Below, piece by piece: positions 63,455-64,000 of a DNA stretch of 64,000 nucleotides (position 1 is its first letter; each line of letters starts with the position of its first letter). Source of the DNA: Squalus acanthias (Eukaryota). Location: positions 20,958,001-21,022,000 of the forward strand of contig CM059433.1 in NCBI GenBank assembly GCA_030390025.1, given 5' to 3'. Under the pieces are notes generated by a model. That model saw only the letters and a program-made list of their open reading frames with translations, was not told the DNA's origin and did no database searches. A program made the position numbers and the translations under genes.

Positions 63455-64000
63455 CAGTTTCGGTTCCGCCAGAACCACTCAGCTCCAGACCTCATTACAG
63501 TCTTGGTCCAAACATGGACAAAAGAGCTGAATTCCAGAGGTGAGGGAAGAGTGACAGCCCTTGACATCAAGGCAGCATTTGACTGAGTGCGACATCAATG
63601 ATTCCTAGTCAAACTGTCGTCAATGGGGATCAGAGGGAAAACTCTCCAGTGGCTGGAGTCATACCTAGCACAAAGGAAGGTAGTTTTCAGGCCAATCATC
63701 TCAGCCCCAGGACATCTCTTCAGGAGTTCCTCAGGGCAGTGTCCTACACTCAACCATCTTCAGCTACTTCATCAAGACTCTCTCCATTATAAGGTCAGAA
63801 GCAGGGTTGCTGGTTGATGAATGCACAGTGTTTAGCTCCATTCACAAATACTTAGATAATGAAGCAGTCCATGTTCACCAAGTGTCAGGAATTACCATCT
63901 CCAACAAGAGAGAGCCATTATACCTCCCCTTGACATTGAATGGCATTTCCATCATCGAATCCTCCACCATGAACATCTTGGGGCACCACTGTCCAGAAAC
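63455..64000 (+). mobile_element. Decayed LINE family B RT fragment, running off the window end
   Basis: QFRFRQNHSAPDLITVLVQTWTKELNSRGEGRVTALDIKAAFD. Confidence 0.85.

Noticed and set aside
1..64000. CRISPR arrays, rRNA, genuine tRNA genes or prokaryotic operons
   Set aside because: No spaced direct-repeat array or rRNA-like sequence was seen. The A/B boxes all belong to SINE heads.

Overview
Eukaryotic, repeat-dense non-coding DNA, most consistent with a cartilaginous fish (shark-type repeat families; this is an inference from repeat content). I recognise no host protein-coding exon, and every long ORF belongs to a transposable element. The window holds: many CR1 LINE fragments, including one near-complete 4 kb copy with a Zn-finger/SGNH-esterase ORF1 and an APE-RT ORF2; L2 LINEs; a second CR1/L2-group LINE family and a SINE sharing its tail; DeuSINE-like and AmnSINE2-like SINEs; one solo LTR; PIF/Harbinger remnants (transposase and Myb/SANT gene) with about 10 probable Harbinger-type MITEs; and Penelope-like insertions carrying minimal hammerhead-ribozyme motifs. 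Two of the Penelope-like insertions form long fold-back structures. The most notable signals are the covarying hammerhead motifs, the fold-backs, MITEs that keep promoter motifs followed by a splice donor, a templated local insertion inside a SINE, and deep TE nesting. Family names come from recalled consensus sequences, not database searches.
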